Shown one piece after another: positions 1-12,600 of a stretch of 41,375 bases of DNA. This DNA is from Intoshia linei (Eukaryota > Animalia > Orthonectida), in assembly GCA_001642005.1 (NCBI GenBank), contig LWCA01000196.1:1-41375 (forward strand). Reading direction: 5' to 3'. Each line of letters opens with the position of its first letter. The stretch's first letter is position 1. Both the position numbers and the translations under genes were made by a program. Under the pieces are notes generated by a model, which saw only the letters and a list, made by a program, of their open reading frames with translations, made no database searches and had not been told where the DNA came from.

Positions 1-354
1 AATATACAGTTAGTTGCATTTGAATTACCTGATTTAAAATGCGAAAATTAATTAAAATGGTTAATAATATGAATTAAAAATTAAATTTAAACTAACTATA
101 TTTTTAAAAGAATAAGAGATAATTATTTTAATTAAATAACAAATAAAAAGTGAGTAACTAACTCAGAGTCTCTATCGAATTTCTCCTTAACTGTAAGTGT
201 AAATAACTTATCATTATCCAGATATAATAAATCGTTAAGTTAATCAAAAATAAAATACTAAATGTAGTAGATAAAGACATTAATTATATAAGTTTATAAA
301 AATTTTCACAGCGCCCCCAAGTGGGTGCTATCGCCCACCTTGGGAAACACTGAT

Positions 355-592
355 ATAATTGATCAAGCTGAAACACCAGTATTAAATCAATATGTAGTTG
401 AAGCAATAGATGTTTCAAGTACAAGACCAAAGCGAAATGCCAAATTACCAATTAGATTTCGGAACGAGTATATTTTGGAATAGTCTATCAATCATAACTA
501 CCAAGGGAAGAATGTTGTATTCCGTTGTTATATAAATAGAATAGAGTTAGTTTGATATTGATTGTTATTAAAATAAACGAGAATATAAAACA
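355..592 (+). mobile_element. 3' end of a Ty3/Gypsy LTR retrotransposon (integrase C-terminal tail, PPT, short ~80-bp LTR)
   Basis: 355-483 reads IIDQAETPVLNQYVVEAIDVSSTRPKRNAKLPIRFRNEYILE*, an RxxRxxxxPxRF-type integrase tail. Purine tract AAGGGAAGAA (503-512) is followed by TGTTGTATT...AATAAA...TATAAAACA (513-592). Truncated on the left by a MITE end (...TTGGGAAACACTG at 352). Confidence 0.6.
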
Positions 593-967
593 TCACCTTG
601 AAAATATATTAAAAATAAGACGAGAAATTCTAAGCTAATTATATATTATTTGTCTATTATACAAAAATATTTCAGAGTTGTTTCATTTGAAACACTTGAG
701 GACTGTATCATTTTGCTTTGCAATAAATATATCTAGATTCTTTGGACAATGTTGTTTTGCATAATTTCTAAGATTAAATATTGCATAGATTCCATCCTTT
801 CTTAATTCTTCAAAATCTTATAATTCTTTATTTTCTGCTATATTGCTATTGTCAATGACGTCATTAATTTGGTGTTCAATAAAATTGACATGTTTTAATT
901 TATATTTTTGGGCAATTTTTCGGAGAAATTTATTTATATTAGTATGGATTTGTTATATTGTTTTAAA

Positions 968-1031
968 AAGTGGTCACTTTTGGGAGGTGGTCACCTATAC
1001 GAAGTGGTCACTTTTCGAGTGTTAACTGCAG
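968..1031. mobile_element. Terminal fragment of a Tc1/pogo-type MITE
   Basis: Three ~17-18-bp subrepeats containing GTGGTCAC, ending in ...GTGTTAACTG. Confidence 0.4.
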
Positions 1032-1339
1032 TCATATAATTGTATTCAGCGTGGTCAGGTTCGGATCCCAATTTGGACATCTTTTTATTTGAGATAAACT
1101 TATCTGAGTTCGTTTCTGCCAATCGTTACACATGTGGATGCCTTTTGTGATTTTAAGTATTTACCACCCAAAAAAATGAAATCGGTTTACATTTACCACC
1201 TCAAATGTAATTATTGAAATTCATACAAAAATGTTGGGATAAATTTAACATATACATTACATGCATGTATAATATATAATACACATAATATGTACTTCCA
1301 ATTTATATAAACACTTTTAATAATAGTTATGATATTCAG

Positions 1340-1819
1340 TCAAGTACAGTGGCTGACACTGAACTTCAGATATCACTACTGGTATATTATACATTAATAT
1401 TTTATACAGAATGATCAAAACCATCCGATAAAATTAAAATGGCGTAAAAATAAAAACATCAAAAATACATTAACTTCAGACAGATATGGAGGATTCATCA
1501 ACAATGTATTCAAGACAATTACATTGAAAACAGTAATATAATAAAATTATAATAAAAGTATAGTAATTACTAATTAATACAGGTAACTCAATTCGTGCGG
1601 TTAGTTTTATATACATCTCTTGAATTGTGAGTTTTTCAATAACGGTGATTAATTTAGAGACATACATATACGTATATCTAAGATTAACCAAACTCACTAA
1701 CCGAGGGTTATATAATTATATTATAATATAATAATAGAATATTGTTAATAAAAAATAACTTGGTCCCCGCCTTAAATGATTTCGGAACATTCAGAAGCTT
1801 TTTAAACCATTCGGAATGA
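1340..1819 (+). CDS. Unknown multi-exon coding segment, probably the 5' part of the WD40 gene
   Basis: Six exons (1340-1381, 1410-1443, 1480-1532, 1583-1626, 1683-1706, 1738-1819) splice in phase over 28-56-nt GT-AG introns: SSTVADTELQISLLNDQNHPIKLKWHRYGGFINNVFKTITLKTVTQFVRLVLYTSLELLTKLTNRGILLIKNNLVPALNDFGTFRSFLNHSE*. No homology recognised. Confidence 0.35.
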
Positions 1820-1942
1820 TTTGTTAACATTAAGTCAAAACTTCTGCTTCAATTAGTATGGTTAATCTCCACCAATAATCGCACTCATCGGTCATTACCT
1901 GTAAAATATGCCATTTAAATTATAAAATACAGAATATTTTAG

Positions 1943-4900
1943 GAAAATGAAACAAAAATAAATTGCTTCGCGACTGATGGAATTAGAGTTATCTTAGGAT
2001 TACGCAATGGTTTGATAAGTGTTCATGATGCAAGGAGTGGAAAATTTTTAAAAACTTTATCGGAACATAAAGTAATTTATAATGATAACAATTTTCAAAT
2101 ATTTTTCATTTTGTAGGGTTACATCACATGCATTTGTATTGATGATATATTTATGTATAGTGGTTCATGGGACTCGGATGTAGTGGTATAATTAAAAAAT
2201 ATTTTATTCAAATTTAAATTAATAATGATATATTTATTACAGATTTGGAACATGCATTATTTTCAAAAAATTTGCAATTTTCGTGTTCATAAAAGAACAA
2301 TATCTAAAATAAAAGTGGTTCAAACATTCATGTATGTTTTTACATCTAATTTATAAAACCTTTTATATTATTAATGGGTGTCTACTTAAATCTAACCATT
2401 TTTACTAAAAATCAAAATTTACCAACACTAACAGGAAAAATTCAGTTATAACAACCCTAAAAGGAAAAATTCCAGTTTTACCAACCTTACAAGGAAAATT
2501 ATAGTTTTAACAACCTTTAAGGAAAAAATCCAGTTTTACAGAATTGCGGAGTATCCCATAAAACCTCAATATTACAAACAAAACAAAATGAAGTTCTCAA
2601 ATAGAAAGATTATCGATAAAAAAGTTATAAAGGCTTTAATACTTACTTAAACTGATGATAAAACAAAAAACTTTAAAACAAAATAAAATTTTCGTATTAA
2701 AAATGGCTAGTATTTATCGCGTCAGTATTTTAATCCGTAAAGTGTCAGTATTTTAGATAGATTGTCAGTAGAAATATTGAATTTTCAATTGATATAATGG
2801 ATTGTCAGTATTTTAGGTGCCAGTTGACAAGGTGTCAGTATAAATAATGGATTATCACTATTTAAATTGAAAGGGCAGTAAAAAAAATTATTTTTTCAGT
2901 ACTTTAAATATACTGTCAGTATTTAAATTAAATATTCTGTATAAATTGACACTGATAAAAAATGCTTTTGTAAAATATATTACAATACTCTACTATTGCC
3001 ATAATTACATTCTATTTGTTCTCATAAAAAAATATTCTCTGGTGTGAACACCATAGAATATTTCTAATTTTTTTGTAATTCAATTTGTAGGTATAATATT
3101 GTATCTTAATATTTCAGTTTTAACTTGGGTCTGTAGTGGATGATATAACTCAAAAACAAAAACTCGATTTTTCCTTTAAAGGTTAATAAAAGTGGATTAT
3201 CCCCTTAAGATTAGGTAAAACTCGATTTTTCCATTAAATGTTAGTAAAAGTGGGTTTTCCCATAAGGGTTGGTAAAATTGGGCTTTTTCCTTAGGAGTTT
3301 GTAAAAGTGGATTTTTCCCTTAAAGATTGGTAAATTTTGATTTTTAGTAAAAATGGTTGGATTTAAGAATATTCTCATTATTAATTATGACAATATCAAA
3401 TTTACATTTGAAAATATTATCTAGTATTATTGATTCTACTGGACAATTATATAATATCAGTGATGTGAAACATGTAGAAATACACTAAAATTAATTTAAC
3501 AATCACATGTAAGATAAACATTTCAAATTAGTTCAGGTTATTAAATATGCTCGGTGGGTCTATTTACACGGCTTGTATGATTTTTTATCTAAAACAGTGT
3601 TTCAAAACTTCTGTTATACCTGGCCCACTTTCTCTCTTAAAATATCCCAGACCCACTTCAAAAAATAACCTAAACAAAATCAAATCGAAAATTTTTATTG
3701 TCAAAAGTTGACTTATATTTATAATGTATAATATTTACTTCATAGAATGAACATATCACTGAGTGACTATTCTTACACATTTTCTTAATATTAGATATGA
3801 CTATTAATTCTAAAATAAAAAAAAACTTACATGGTCAAACCCCCAAATTTCCCGTTTTTTGAAAATGTAAAAATGTAGTCTTTTATATAACATAAATTCA
3901 GAATATTTTTTTAAATCATAAATGATAATCTAATATCATAAAAACAAATTAAAAAGTTGACCCTCGGCAGAGCTAGCTACTGTTTGAACCAAGTACATAA
4001 CATCCAAGCTAGTATTGTACAGAATTAACATTCAATTAATCTAAAGTTTTCATAATTCCAATATATTCGTGAATTTTCCTGAACCAACAAAAATTTTGTC
4101 AGACACTAGTCCCACTGGTGAAAATACTGATCTAAAAATATGTTTTTCCCAGATGTTTTATCCGTTTTTTTAGAATATCTACGTCAAACGAAGGATTAAT
4201 ATGTTTTTGTGATCGGAAATCATTTGAAATGAAATATAAATTCAACGTAAATACTAAAGGGAAGTTTACCATACCAATGTTAAACATTATCTTCGGAAAT
4301 GATTCGATTTTTATCAATTTAAGCAAAGGGTATATAATTATTTACATTTATTAACAAAATGTTAGCCATGTTGCGCAAATAAATGTAATGAATATGGACA
4401 CGGAACCTTATATATATAAGCTAGATTTAGTTTTATCCGTTGAAGTAATCCAGGATATACAGGTACTATTATTGTTTATTGAAATTTTATTAATCAATTC
4501 GTATCGAGGGCCAGACAAAATTAGTCTACTTTCATTTATTATTCTCAATTTTTAAGGTTTTCGATATTAAATGTCCCAAACTCGTTCAAATCTTGTAGAG
4601 GTTGATTTATTTCATATTATGCACCTAGTAGAATACATTAAGTCTATTTTAACTATTATTGTTTCCTTCAGTCAAAGCCATAACACTCTTTGACATTTGT
4701 TTGATACGTTATATCTAAATTTGAAGTGGTTTCTCATACCAGTTTACTGAAAATGTATTTTAAGAAACAGTCCACAATCCACTTGTGGAAAAAACCTTAT
4801 GGGAAGATAAATATTCACCACAGATAGAAAAACCTCATCTGTAATATACTAAAAAAATGAGATTAGACGGATGCTAATTTAATCAATTAATTATAATATA

Positions 4901-5454
4901 ATGAGTACATTATAAAATTGTTGAATGTACTATGCAATGCATAATTATAATACATCATCGAAAATCAAACGTATTCTAATTAGATAAAATCCAATTTGCT
5001 TGTTGGTGGATCAAATATTGGAAGATTATTATGTTGGAAAATAAATAACAAAATTACAGGGCAAACAAGCTGGCAAGCTCACGACACTTGTGTATATGCT
5101 GTTGAATTTGGATTTAATCATTTATATTCTGCTTCAGTGTAAGTAAAATTTTGTATTATTTATTTTTACTTGTTTAAGACATTTGACTAACCCTTTGAGA
5201 CATTTGATTTACATTTTCAAAGTGTGCTAAAATACACGAATAAATAATTTATATAGTTACATAAATTGACGCCAAAATGCGTTGAAATGTCTCAAAGGGT
5301 TAAAATGTAATCATGATTTCATCACATTAATTATAATTATACAATCTTATATTTTTAATTTAATTTTAGAGGTGAAATAAAAGAATGGGATTTATGGTCA
5401 CTCACATGCCTGCGAATATTTTGTATTAAAAGCTCTCCAATTTCACAATTAAAG
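1943..5454 (+). CDS. WD40-repeat protein (multi-exon; ends uncertain)
   Basis: Exons approx. 1943-2071, 2118-2186, 2243-2331, 3425-3473, 3531-3573, 4431-4462, 4984-5138, 5370-5454 give WD40 units: VILGLRNGLISVHDARSGKFLKTLSEHKGYITCICIDDIFMYSGSWDSDVVIWN and WQAHDTCVYAVEFGFNHLYSASVGEIKEWDLWSLTCLRIF. Confidence 0.75.
2376..3376. mobile_element. Foldback/Mutator-like non-autonomous element in a WD40 intron
   Basis: Long inverted arms (CTTAAATCYAACCATTTTTACTAAAAATCAAAATTTACCAA...) built of ~30-bp subrepeats. Exact 9-bp TSD ATTATTAAT at 2367-2375 and 3377-3385. Internal TGTCAGTA motifs. Confidence 0.85.
3595..4129. mobile_element. hAT-type MITE containing a Helitron 3' end
   Basis: CAGTGTTTC...GAAAATACTG termini, 8-bp TSD ATCTAAAA (3587-3594, 4130-4137). 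Internal CCCTCGGCAGAGCTAG...CTAGT (3961-4013) matches the Helitron 3' end at 17341-17393. Confidence 0.75.
5191..5299. mobile_element. piggyBac-like MITE
   Basis: 15-bp TIR CCCTTTGAGACATTT / AAATGTCTCAAAGGG, flanked by CTAA and TTAA. Confidence 0.7.
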
Positions 5455-6050
5455 GTATTTATTTTATTTTACATAATAATTGAATACAGTAGTCTACGCT
5501 TACTTGTTTTTTTTATTTTTTACATAATTTTAAAAGTAATTCTCAAATTAAATGTATAAACTAATTGACGTGTCTAAGCCTTTGCACAGACCTTGAGTCA
5601 ACAGTAAATTATAGAACCAATTAACATTACAAAATAAAATAGTTAATTCATGATAGTAGCAGGCCCTGTTCATTTGGAGTATATCCATGATCCAGTGTGT
5701 AAATACAAATGTATGTGTACGATAAAATGTGATACAATTATAAACAACGATGTTATACATTTAATGATATTATATATTGATTTAAATGTACTGTTAATAA
5801 TTTTCATTAGGCACACTGATTTAATGTGCATTTTAAGCTTTTATTTAGATAAGAAACAAAAGATTAATGATTTGTACCAAAGAAGGAAAAATGTACATTT
5901 GGCGACTTACCGCAAGATTTATCAAAAACAAAATGAAAACTGTTTTTAGCACTTAATAAAATTCATTTTCGTAAATTGTAAAAAAAAATATTTTTAATAA
6001 ATTTTATCGTGCCGAAATGAACAAAATTATACACTAAGCCCAGGTGACTA

Positions 6051-6966
6051 GGGTGTCCACTTATTTTTATTAAAAAAATCCATTTTGCATGATGATGTCT
6101 TTTTTGATTTTAAACATTTATACATTGTATACTCAAAATGAATGTCGTAAAAACAAAAATAAATAAGCTAGATTTTTATTTAAAAAAACAAAATGGTTCA
6201 CAAAACACGAAAAACCCACCAAAGGAATTAAAACCAAAGCAACACATATATTTTTGACAGTTTTTAATAAATATAACTTTGATATTCTATTTTACTAACA
6301 TTGCCATTGTTAATAAAATCTTGTATTCTATTATATTGTAATAATAATTGAATATTTTGAATTTGTCATTATAATTATATTATTATAATAATAAAGATAA
6401 TATACATCCTCTTAAATCGTACTAACCAAAGGAAAGAAGTAAATCAAGTTGTTAATCTTATTTATATAATAAAATATTAGTTATATTTATCAAAAACTAT
6501 TAAATTTATATGGGTTTCGATGGCTGTGTGTACCATTTTGTTGTTTGAAATTAATTTCTAGCTCATTTATTTTGGTTTTTACGAAATTTATTTTAAGTAT
6601 ACATAATAAACTTTATGTATAGTTTTTGGGGTCAATTATAATTGAGAATTCAAACATTATTAAAAACCAAAATAAATGAGCTACAATTAATTTAAAAAAA
6701 TAAAATGATCTAAAAGCATGATAAGCCCACCAAGGGAATTACTAATATAATTATCCATAGAAACAAAATTAAATCTGATTATACATAAACTAACGTTTTA
6801 TTTTAAATATATCGTAACATTTTTGTATGAATTTCAATAATTACATTTGAGGGGTAAATATTAACCGATTTCAATTTTTTGGTGATAAATGCTTAAAATC
6901 GAAAAAGACATCTCTATGCAAAATGGGTTTTTTAATAAAAAAAAAACATCAAAAGAGGGGTCACCC
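6051..6966. mobile_element. Long-TIR MITE of a 'TAGGGTGTCCAC' family
   Basis: ~70-bp TIRs (GGGTGTCCAC...CATTTTGCAT...GATGTCTTTTTTGATTTTAA) with internal direct and inverted ~80-bp repeats. Related pieces at ~1120-1215, 25471-25600 and 38996-39090. Confidence 0.7.
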
Positions 6967-7120
6967 TATTGTACACCTTGGATGATTTCAATGCATTACC
7001 CCTTTCTCCATTTCTCAGTTTAGATTTAACATCTAACTTCTTAAACATTGACCTTATAAATAATTGAAGTAGAAGGATATTTTGAAATAAAAATTGAAAA
7101 TTAAGATAAATTAATAACAT

Positions 7121-9050
7121 TTATATAGGAATACTCATAGTTTTGTTGTGCTCCAAATATTCATATGTGTCTTTAATTGCCTCTATAACATATCGCATAT
7201 TATCATGATTCAAACCACATATACTGATTCTACCAGAAGAGAGCATGTATATGTGATATTTTTCTCTCAAATGAGCGACTACATCCTCTAAAAAAATTAA
7301 TCAAATAGTTACAATGATAACAACAAAAATAGCCCATAACAATGCATCGCTAATCGCATTGGAGCCTGTAATGAATTATATTTATGCATGTAATAGTGAA
7401 CAAACACTCAAAATACACATTTTGTTAATCGTGTTCTATTATATTATATGGACCTGATTGTATTATAACAAAAATATTACTTGGTAAACCCGAATAACAA
7501 AACATTCCTTTCTGCTTGGCAATATGGTCCCAATCCATCTCTGGAATGAATAGTCGTAATCTGTTGACAAACAAAATTCTCAATTCAATCATGTTTGCTG
7601 ATAACTGTGAAAGAGTTAACCTCCTAGTTAGAAAAATATTATTATATAAACATTATTACCATTCTTCCTGTAATGACGGATTGCTTAATATGGTAGATAC
7701 AATTTGCGCACCGAAAGCTGGACAATTTGAAACAGTTACACGTACTTGATATTCTAGCATGGATTTTATGGCTTCACATTTAGCAAAATTTAAACAATAA
7801 TATGTTAGATTACCCACTCGTTGATCTATATAAATATAATCAGTATGCAAACACTGTAATTCATGTTCATCCAAATACATGTACTTTCTTTTACATCTTT
7901 TAAATCCGTGTTTCAGGTATAATAATACTATATATTATATGTATTACTATATAATCCAAAAATTTTTGAAAAAGATTGTGCACAAAAAAGTTCAATTTTC
8001 CTTTGAACAAAATAACGAACAGCCCAGGTATCATCATCATAATTGTCGGAAGCAAATCCAGGATACGCTGCATCAAACAGAGGAAATATTTTTCTTTTTT
8101 CAAAAATGGTTGCCAACTCCATCCATCTGTCATTAGAAGGGTCAAATCCTGTTGGATTGTGAGCGCATAAATGTAAAATTACAACAGACCCTTCTTCAGC
8201 ATTCTAAATTTTCATTACGTTTTTGAATGCATTCTGGTATTATAATTACCGATAATGTTTCATACATTGATTTATAATCAAATGATTTTTTGTCGGGGTC
8301 ATAATAATTATATTTTCTAACTTCATAATTTAAATCCTTGGCAATAAGGATATGATTTCCTACAATTTTAAAATATAAAATGAAATATTTTAATAATATA
8401 CCCCACGTCGGATTAGGAACATAAATTATTTTATTGGGTAATAATTTTGCTAATAAACCCATTCCAATACGTAAGGCACCAGTTCCACCTAATGATTGAA
8501 CACCATCAACCTGTATACATTTAAATATGATAAAATGTAATTTACGCATCCATTGACCACGTCAGGGTGATTACATCCAAGTAACAACTAAAATTATTCA
8601 TGATTAAATTGTTAAGCTAATTAGTCACCTCAACACAACGTTTGTTATACTCGACCATTCCAGATAAAGGCAAATATTCATAGTTTAATACTTTATTGTT
8701 CATGATAATTTTTTCGGCCTTTTTTACTACTGGAAATACGAATGGTTCATTTTTCTGAGTTCTATAGGCTAAAATTATAATACATTGTATTAAACATTAT
8801 TAAAAATTTATTTGGTGACACATCAAGGTTTCCCAAAGTTTATAGTACGGAGGACTTGAACATAACTGGTAATATATATTTTTCGATAACCCACTTTGGG
8901 AAACGCTGGAAGATATATATGTAAATTTAAAAATTTACCACCAATTGTCAAGTTTACTTTCTTTTCATCATTATCAATATTATACAAATGGTTCAAATGA
9001 AAAACTTCGATAGCGTCCGCAGGAGTAATGTCTTCAAACCAGTTGCTCAT
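7121..9050 (-). CDS. GOT1: Aspartate aminotransferase, cytosolic type
   Basis: Nine exons: [17 protein letters not shown]...KVNLTIGAYRT...YEYLPLSG...[12 protein letters not shown]...HNPTG...DAAYPGFAS...[11 protein letters not shown] (PLP lysine)...RVG...[10 protein letters not shown]...[17 protein letters not shown]...*. No mitochondrial presequence. Confidence 0.95.
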
Positions 9051-9685
9051 TGGTATATTTTATATAATACGGTTTTATTTATTTAAAATGTTACCTAGCA
9101 CTTGGAAGCTAATAGTATTTTCATTACATGAATTTTTTGTTTTTAAGTCTATGTATAACACAAAGTGTTGCAATTTGGATAGACCTACATTATATAGGAA
9201 TTTGGGAGCGTATATGGAATGTCTTATTTGATTATTGTTTAATTTATTATACTAATTATAATTAATGAATAACTAATAATATTATTAATTAATATTTGTT
9301 ACGTCCATGAAATTTTATTAAATAAACAGATAAATAATCTTCAACTCAGTACATAACTTTTTTTACTCCCACAGCGTAATGCTGAAAAAGTTAAACAATG
9401 GAATCCAACTTTTTTTAATTTGATTTAGAATTTTCAGATGGCCCATGTTTCATCCATGGATATTATAATAATTTTTCCATTTGTGTGTATTACTTATTAT
9501 AATGATAATAATAAGACTGCCTAATGACACGGAAAAATAAAGTTGAAGCATTAACAGAAACAATTTAATAAATAACAATAAATAAAAATTGTGCTTATTA
9601 TAATTTGATACACCGCATATTCAACGTTTGTTAACATTGAATCGGTTAGCCCTATCAACATTTTAAGCATCTAAAAGCCAATCAC

Positions 9686-12600
9686 TCAACTTCTATATAA
9701 CAATATAAAAAATTGAAGGTACAATAATAATAAATAGTACTTTTGATCAAACATATATTTAAGTAGTTCATAGCAGCATAGTGTAACTGCAAACTGTGGA
9801 GCGGATCTTGCCACCCTTGCTAAAATTAGTTTATATACAATTACATATAAAAAATAACATCAGATTAAAATATAATAAATAAGAGTTCAAGTTTTCGACC
9901 ACTTTCGGTTTGAAATAATGTATAAAAAATGTCACAAATTCTGACATTTCAATAAAAAATTCACAAATAAAATAAAATATTCATTTTTGTTTCAAACATT
10001 TACACCAAGTAGTCAAAAACCTTACAATTAGATGAATAATTATTCATCTACATCACAAGAATAATTGTCATAAAAAAAATTACGAATAGATCCTTTAAAA
10101 AATGCTCCTGGTCCTTCGTGCTTATAAATTTTCTGTGCACAATCAATTATACCAGTATAATTATGATTTTGTTTTTTTAAGGACTGTAAACGGGTTTTTA
10201 TAACATCAGCAGGAGTAACAAGGTAGGCAGCAGGTACGCCTAATTTATATTAACAAAATACATGATAGTTACAATGTAATAAATAACAATTACCAGAAAT
10301 AAGTGCAATGAAAAATGAGGTAGATATTGACAAGGTTTCATCGTCGTTTTTGTACTTATGTTTCAGGTGGTGGTATACAGGGAAAAATATCCCAGAAAAG
10401 GGTCCATCTCGCATCATACAAGCAGTAACATGCTAATATATACAATATAAATAATTATAAAATATAAAAAATTTATATCAAGTACATGCATATGCAGTTA
10501 ACCCACTTTCAGTGTTCAAACCTTGCCGATAATGCATAGTGTTATTCTTACTTATATGTACGTTGAATTTTATTAAAGTTGCTAAAATTGTATGTCTGTC
10601 TGTGTGGTTTATGGTTTAACAGGAATTTATGCCTTCACGGTCAAAAAGGAATTTATCATTTACTCTATTTTTGGAAATTATTTCATTATAAAAATGAAAT
10701 ATAAATTCTACACATTCTATAATTTAAAAAAATGATAATTGAACGACGTAAATTATTAATCCTAATAGATACATAAGTTTTGGAAACATTAAAATCCTAA
10801 CTTATATACAAGGCTACGCGATTTTTGTTAGTATGTCTGTGTGTGTTCCACTTTATTAAAATAACAACCAATCTTAGAATTTTTTTAAGACCACATTTCA
10901 ATTACAATTTTTCCGGGACGTATAATAAGATAAATTTCAAACTCCCAATTTCACATCTTAAGGGTCAAAAACCCCTGTTATCCCTTTTTTTAAAAATCAA
11001 ACGAGTTGGAGAATTTAAAAAAATATATACGCTGATGCGGACTTTAAAATCATGAATTTAAATTTAAAAAAAAATATATCTTCAAGGCCAAAACCACAAA
11101 TTACCCTTCTTTTTTTAATCAAAACAGGCCTAAAATTTCAAAAAATTTACATGTGGTAGAGTTGTATCATGTTAAAACACATAAAAAATTTCAATCCAAA
11201 TAAGTGACGATTTCACAGTTAAAAAAGCATTTTAGTATTCATATATTTTCTTTCCCAAAATATTTTATTAAAACAAAAAATGTAAAATAATTAACGGTCC
11301 GAAAATTAAAAAAAAGATTGTTCTGATAAAGTTTATTCCAGTTGGTATAAATACAAAATTTCAACCCCAGAAATCTACGCATTCCCGGTGAATAATAATT
11401 TTTAGTATATTATCAACCAATATTTTTCAAACATTTCGATTAAAATCAAAATTGAAAATGTAAATATTGATCCTACAATTTCAAAAAAATGTGCATTGTA
11501 CGTCTACACATTATTTTTATATAACCGTGATAACGTCCGTTTAAAATGTGCTACTTTTTCTAAAAAAGGGGAATATTTATAAAATTAAAAAATAAAACTG
11601 TTCATTAAACTATAATGAAATTTTAGGCAAATCACCCTTTACCAAAAACCGCCAGTCCAGGGTTCTCAACCTTTTTTCAGAGGGCCACATTTTATCAATA
11701 TGAAATAATTTATTTATTTTATAGTTAAAAAATTTATGAAATAAAACAATGTATAAATTACTTCATTTATTACTAGATAATTTGTTTCTAAAAAAGTTTT
11801 TATAGTATTAAAATGGCACGTGTCCACAGGTTGAGAATCACTAGCTATATATAGAATATAAATTAGTCTATAATCAATTACAAAATTTAGGTCTTAAAAT
11901 CAATAAGTTCGGCTTCGGCAAAGTTAGTTGCTGTTTGTACGAAGTAATACAGTATACATTGTAATTGTATACTATACAACTAATAACAATATTTTGACAA
12001 TAGTAATAATAAAAAAATTCAATTTGAAATATTCAACAAAAATTACCTTATAAAGACCCGGAATACCGAGTTGTCGGATGATTTGTGTAGCGGTTGCATT
12101 AGTAGTTTTTTTTCCTTCGGCTGATATTTGAAGTTGAATTTTAACCATTTCAAGGGGGTTTGTAAATATGACTTGACCAACGCCAGCCTATTCAAATTAA
12201 TGTGAATAAATAAAAAAATTTGATACAGTGGCTCCAGCAATAATTCCCTTGTAAAAAGGTAAAACTTCATTTCCTTTTCGCAATTTTTTTCGCATTAAAT
12301 CATTTACCTAAGTGTACTGATTAATTTGGTATTAATTTATTCAAATACTAATCAATCTTACCAACATCGAACATGATTAAAAAATGACAACCTTAAGTAT
12401 TTTTAATATCATTATTATTAAATTGCAAGAATATCACAAATAGGGATTTCAAAGCCATCTTAAACACAATTAGAAACGTCAAGTATATAGTACATGGGTT
12501 CTAATATAATAATAATAATAGGGTAATAAATATAAAAATAATATTAACAAAGTTATTTTAGTTTCGTTGTTGTAGTTTCTATTTAAATTTTATTAAAAAT

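Noticed and set aside
2420-3350. ~30-bp periodic repeats as a CRISPR array
   Set aside because: Degenerate tandem units without unique spacers, arranged as inverted arms with a 9-bp TSD in a eukaryotic intron.
5650-5949. 99-aa ORF as an independent gene
   Set aside because: Crosses intron-like sequence; may contain terminal WD40 exons, but I could not phase them.
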